This document shows positions 59,074-64,000 of a stretch of 64,000 nt of DNA, piece after piece. Under the pieces are notes generated by a model. The model did no database searches. It saw nothing but the letters and a program-made list of their open reading frames with translations, and was not told the DNA's origin. Each line of letters opens with the position of its first letter. The first letter of the stretch is position 1. This DNA comes from Squalus acanthias (taxonomy: Eukaryota): the NCBI GenBank assembly GCA_030390025.1, contig CM059432.1:8122001-8186000 (forward strand). The letters are read 5' to 3'. Both the position numbers and the translations under genes were made by a program.

Positions 59074-59659
59074 TTTTGATAATGCTCCTGTTGTATATCC
59101 CAGTTTGTAGACATTTGGCCATGACAAATGCTTTCAGATGCGACAGAGGTTACTGCTACATTGACGGTAATAATACTGCTATAGATTGATCCAGCTCAAA
59201 ATAGTTTACAAATGAGGAAAAGTGTAAGCCATCATCCATCAAACCTTTCAGGGATGATGTCTATATGACCCGATGCAGTGCCAATGGGATGGCTCATCAG
59301 CTGCTCAAAATATTCAGGCAGGATCTTCAAAGCAATTGCCTTAGGCGCAACATCTGGATGGGAATACCAGGCAGTCTCTACGGTGCCCATTGCTTTCATT
59401 ACATTAGAGCATCAGCCTCCATGGAAATGTCCACACGCCAGAGGTCACGCACTTTCTGTGAACTGTTTATTGCCTGTTTCTGGCTTTGGTTCATTCGTTT
59501 CAGACAGCCTTTTTAAACCTTACTGTTAGATCTGGTGTGAACTATCATTTATTATAATGTACATGTTACACACAAATTAGAAGGTAGCTTTATGTAATTA
59601 GACTTTTATTATTTCAACATTACTGTCACTTCATGGATAGTACATAGACATTCACAGTA

Positions 59660-59953
59660 CTCTGCACTCCTCCAATTCTGGCCCCTTGCGCATCCCCGAT
59701 TTCCTTCGCTCCACCATTGGCGGCCGTGCCTTCAGCTGCCAAGGCCCTAAGCTCTGGAATTCCCTCCCTAAACCTCTCCGCCTCTCTACCTCTCTCTCCA
59801 GCTTTAAGTCACTCTTTAAAACCCACCTCGTTCACCTGCTCTTAATATCTTTTTATGTGGCTCGGTGTCAAATTTTGTTTGCTAACTATCTTGTGAAGGG
59901 CCTTGGGACGTTTTACTAGGTTAAAGGTGCTGTATAAATGCAAGATGTTGTTG
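59660..59953 (+). mobile_element. L2-type LINE 3' end
   Basis: GGRAFS...LWNSLP..LR...FK..FKTHL coding end; tail ...TATAAATGCAAGATGTTGTTG. Confidence 0.75.
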
Positions 59954-60069
59954 TACACATATCGATGATCAGTAAGGTGAGAGGTGCAAGTGCTGAGAAA
60001 GACCAAATCACATTTGCATTTTATACCCAGTTTCTCTAATGAGTCCTTCTCGACCAGGTATGTAGTCAT

Positions 60070-60288
60070 TGACGTAAGAAAACGACTAGGCACTTGGTCC
60101 AAGCGTTAAACAAAGCTTTAATCAACTGTTTTACAACATGAATGTCTAGTTGTGTCCTTCACTAGTTCCTGTTAAGAATGTCCTGCGCAAGCTGGGCCCG
60201 TGCCCGAGTATTTATACTCTCCCTGGACAGCACCACCCGCAGGCCACTCAGTATTATTTCATAGGTCATGAATGACAGATTCATGTCT
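60070..60288 (-). mobile_element. Solo-LTR-like element, copy 2
   Basis: Near-identical to 574-800; left flank GTCAT, right flank GTCAG. Confidence 0.72.
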
Positions 60289-60580
60289 GTCAGTTAGTGG
60301 CAATATTCCCTGAATTGTTCCCAGGAAACATGATGCGAATTCCAAGGTTGGAAAGTGTCTCTCGTGCTTCACCTAGTGATGTTTTCGTTCTCCACATTTT
60401 CGAGCCTGGGCTGCTCCCAGATTGGTGAGAATCCGTGTCAGCCAAGGACAATACCGAGATGAAGTCACTCTGTCCTTCCAAGATCCAGTTTTCTGATCAT
60501 CATCATAGCCTGGATCACTCTGAGTCTGTGCAAGGTGAGGGAGCATGGCAGGGCAGCAATTAACCATTCAAGCACATATT

Positions 60581-62026
60581 GGGACAGAAATTCGGCTGTT
60601 GTCGGGTGAGTACGCGCTGTGTACTCAGCCGTAAGGCCTCCTGAAGTGCCGGTTTCCTGCATGCACTGCGCATGCGTGGGAAACCGGAACTTCCGGTCTC
60701 GTGAAGGGAGGGGTTCAGAGGTGAACCGCGTGCGCGGGAGAGGCTGCGCGCACGCAACAAACTTTGGTTTTTTTTCAGGTTTCTCCGGGAAGGTAAGTAT
60801 GGAAGAAGCTGCACTTTTAAAAAGGACAAAAGTGAGAAGTCACACAACACCAGGTTATAGTCCAACAGTTTTATTTGAAATCACAAGCCTTCGGAGCGCT
60901 GCTCCTTCGTCAGGTGAAGTAAAGGAATACAAATCGACAAAGCATATATAGACAGAGAACAATGCATGTGTAGCGTACAATGGCAGACGACTACATTTAA
61001 TCCTCCTGACTGTTTCTCTGCCGAGGTGTGACAAAAGGCAATCAGGTCAGCCAGGAAGGCACCACATCAAAGACATAGCAAGATACAACTGAGACAATGA
61101 GGTGGGGTTACAGGGGGTCTAATGTGTCAAAAGCTGCAGTCTGTATGGAAAACGATAAACTTTAAAATTTTTACTTTTTTTTACTGGAAATCACATCTGT
61201 GAACAAGCCAACGACGACTCGAGTCTGGATGACTCTACGTCATGTATCGTGACATGAACCCTAGATCCCGGTTGAGGCCGTCCTCATGAGTGCGGAACTT
61301 GGCTATCAGTTTCTGCTCGATGATTTTGCGCTGTCATGTGTCTCTAAGGTCGCCTTGGAGAACGCTTACCCGCAGATCGAGGCTGAATGTCCTTGACTGC
61401 TGAAGTGTTCCCCGACTGGGAGGGAACACTCCTGCCTGGTGATTGTTGCGCGGTGTCCGTTCATACGTTGTCTCAGTGTCTGCATGGTCTTGCCTTTTAA
61501 AAAGGAGGCGCAAGACCCGTTTTTAACAAGGTAAGTGGTTAATTAATTACAATTTAAAAAATTTTTCAACAGGTTTATCTTTTTTAGATACTTTAAAGAA
61601 AGGTAAGTTTATTTTTAGCACTGTTAAAAAGTATTTTAATTTTTTCAAAAATTTAAATTTTTGTTTAAAGGAGTTAATTTATTTAACTTATAGTTATTTT
61701 AAAAATGTGATGGTTTTTTAAAAAAATTATTTGAAGTTTAGGTGTTGTTTTGGGGCCGATTTCAATTCATAGATTTGACAGGTCTTCCTGTCAAATCTAT
61801 GAATGAAAGATGGTCTGCTGCCATTGGCTCTCCATGGCCCACGTGATCCCAGGGGACGTATCGCACTAACTACGCCCCTGGGATACACAAGCACTGCACG
61901 CCGGCAGCTGCAGGAGGCCCAGGAGCTGAAGTCCCCGTGGGCCCAGAGGTCAACGGCAGGCGCAGTAGGTAGGTGCGCGCGGGATCATTGCACCCGCGGG
62001 AAGCCAGGGTGCCGAATTTCTGGCCC
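60581..62026. mobile_element. Harbinger-type MITE, family B copy 3, split by a Penelope-like insert
   Basis: TIRs GGGACAGAAATTCGGC / GCCGAATTTCTGGCCC. Confidence 0.82.
60827..61493 (-). mobile_element. Penelope-like family B 3' fragment; hammerhead at 60881-60917 has GAAA changed to GAAG
   Basis: Homologous to 10841-11520; exact 13-bp TSD CTTTTAAAAAGGA (60814-60826, 61494-61506). Confidence 0.9.
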
Positions 62027-62479
62027 AAGCTCCTGGGGTTGAGATCTTTTGCAAGTTCTGCTGGGGAGACTGCTGCTTTGAATTGATACGTTATTTTTAT
62101 AATGAGGTCGGGACGTTTTAAGACAAAACTACTCCCATTCATCTATCAAAAGCATTTTGTTGGATTTAAAGCGCTTTTGGGTGTCCTGAGGTTGGGAAAG
62201 GCAAATATTTCTTTCTTTGTCTTACTTTTAAATTGTCCAACTGATAATAGCTGTAACCTCACCTTGATTGATGAAATTTGATGAAACAAAATATAATATT
62301 TAAATTCAGCAGAATTAGTTACGCCAGCTTTTTAGCAACAAGGATTCAACAGCCTTGCAGTGAGGATAAGCAGTGAGGAAATATATATGATCCCTTTGAT
62401 AATGAATTATGACTACAAGAAAAATAAAGGGTCAACGCGCAACCGTGCATTCAAATCACACTGGTGTCTTATTCCAGGA

Positions 62480-62880
62480 ACAACAACACCAACTTGCATT
62501 TTTCTAGCGCCTTTAACACAGTTAAACGTCTCAACGTGCTTCACAGGAGCGATTACTAAACAAAATTTGACACTGAGCCACATAAGGAGATATTAGGGCA
62601 GGTGACCAAAAGCTTGGTCAAAGAGGGAGGTTTTAAGGAGCGTCTTAAAGGAGGAGAGAGAGGCGGAGAGGCGGAGAGGTTTAGGGAGGGAATTCCAGAG
62701 TTTAGGGCCTCGGCAGCTGAAGGCACGGCCGCAAATGACGGAGCGATTAAAATGGCGGATGCGCAAGAGGCCAGAATTAGAGGAGCGCTGAGACCTCGGG
62801 GGGTTGTTGGGCTGGAGGAGGTTACAGAGATAGGCCATGGAGGGATTTGAAAATAAGGATGAGAATTTTGAAATTGAGGC
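62480..62880 (-). mobile_element. L2-type LINE 3' end
   Basis: ORF 62593-62838 (GRAFS...LWNSLP...FKTLLKT.LF); (TTG)n tail. Confidence 0.78.
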
Positions 62881-62893
62881 TCACTAATCTGTA

Positions 62894-63240
62894 AGGGGGG
62901 AAAATTTGGATGCTTTGCACCTCCCCTTAGAACCCTAAGAGGGCGCAAAGCAACTAGCGCCTGGGCGCGGCAATGATTGCGCCGCTCGTGAAATTGACCA
63001 GACATTTTGCGGTGGCACTAAACACTACCGCCACGATCTCCTGCGCCCGCAGATCGTGACGTCAGTCGAGCGTGCAACGCCCCGGTAGCGCCCCGGACTG
63101 GATATTGAGTGGTGCCCCCTGCTTTACCACCTGCCGCTAGCAACGGCAGGTTGAGGGGAGCGTTTTGCAGTCGGGAAGGGACTGGGGGAGCTAATTAAAG
63201 GCAGCCGCTTCCTGCCGTTTTTTGTCGGCGACATTTTTGC
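62894..63240. mobile_element. Partial GC-rich Harbinger-type element related to family D
   Basis: Starts GGGGGGAAAATTTGGATGCTTTG; GCGCAAAGCAACTAGCGC shared with 15666 and 35202. Confidence 0.55.
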
Positions 63241-63750
63241 ACCACGTATTCTGAGATAGAGAGACTTCTGGAGAGATTCAACGCTATGTGAAGGAGTTTT
63301 GGGTACTGAGCAGCACTTTGCAGGTTCATTTTGATTTGACCTTCCTTGCGTCGATTGAGAAGAGACTGTGGGGGCTGCACTCTGAGCTCTTTCCCTGGGC
63401 CTCTCCATTGTTCTTTCCAGCAGAATTGATCTTATTGAGTGGCGGGGCAGGCTCGAGGGGCCACAGGGCCCACTCCTGATCCTAATTTTTATGTTTCTTA
63501 AGTTCTTAAATCATCAAAACTCAGGATCGTACTGTAAGATTAGCAGATACACTGTACTGCAGTGCGGCCAGTCAAGGAGGAACGTGGAACTAACTGGGAA
63601 CCAGAGCAGAGAGGAAAAAAACAATTCCAGGAGTGACATCACAGGACAGCTGGTAACTGATTGGTTGGTAAAGGTCACGTCATTTTTTTTGCTCTTCAAG
63701 TTAGGTACCGGGGTTAAATAGCTGGTTAGGGATAAAGCAGGAGCTTGGAG

Positions 63751-63852
63751 ATTAGTAACTGTTAATACTATATTAAATTAGTAACTGTTAATACTATATT
63801 AAATTAGTAACTGTTAATAATATATTAAATTAGTAACTGTTAATAATATATT
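63751..63852. repeat. 26-bp AT-rich tandem repeat, 4 copies
   Basis: Unit ATTAGTAACTGTTAATA(C/A)TATATTAA. Confidence 0.92.
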
Positions 63853-63928
63853 TTATTAATAACTTGAATTAGGTACTTCTTAGTCTTAAGTTTCTGTAAA
63901 GTTAGTTAATAGTTGAACAAATAAAGGC

Positions 63929-64000
63929 ATGGCAGGGCAGCTCAGTCCCACAGAATGCACATCCTGTGCCATGTGGGAAATCCAGGACATTTCCCATGTC
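63929..64000 (+). CDS. Start of a CR1 ORF1 (runs off the window)
   Basis: MAGQLSPTECTSCAMWEIQDISHV aligns with MAVELGPVSCSSCNMWEIRDASCV at 27040. Confidence 0.75.
   Translation, partial: MAGQLSPTECTSCAMWEIQDISHV

Larger units (their letters stand above)
54724..59092 (+). mobile_element. L2-type LINE 3' end hosting nested SINE and CR1 insertions
   Basis: Segments 54724-55110, 58438-58512 and 59074-59092 join to match the L2 tails at 59660 and 62480 (FKILI.VFKSLHGLAP, LWNSLP). Confidence 0.75.

Overview
Eukaryotic vertebrate genomic DNA, most likely from an elasmobranch (shark or ray). The basis is an HE1-type SINE, DeuSINE/SacSINE1-type SINEs and abundant CR1/HER1-like LINEs. I could not confidently recognise a host protein-coding gene; the window reads as intronic or intergenic DNA filled with nested transposable elements. 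Main contents: (1) many CR1 LINEs, including one full-length copy (20190-27855, minus) with a 5x74-bp tandem monomer array at its 5' end and a younger CR1 nested in its ORF1, plus a near-identical inverted sister copy (55139-57998); (2) two Penelope-like (RT + GIY-YIG) families with inverted pseudo-LTRs, 10-14 bp target-site duplications (TSDs) and about 11 minimal type I hammerhead ribozyme motifs; (3) several PIF/Harbinger-type non-autonomous DNA elements (GGG...CCC termini, 3-bp TSDs), one retaining a Myb/SANT-like remnant; (4) L2 and RTE LINE fragments, tRNA-derived SINEs, two copies of a 227-bp solo-LTR-like element that both follow GTCAT, a tiny Tc1/mariner-type MITE, and a 28-bp minisatellite. 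Family names come from my recognition of motifs, not from database searches. Boundaries without a quoted TSD are approximate.
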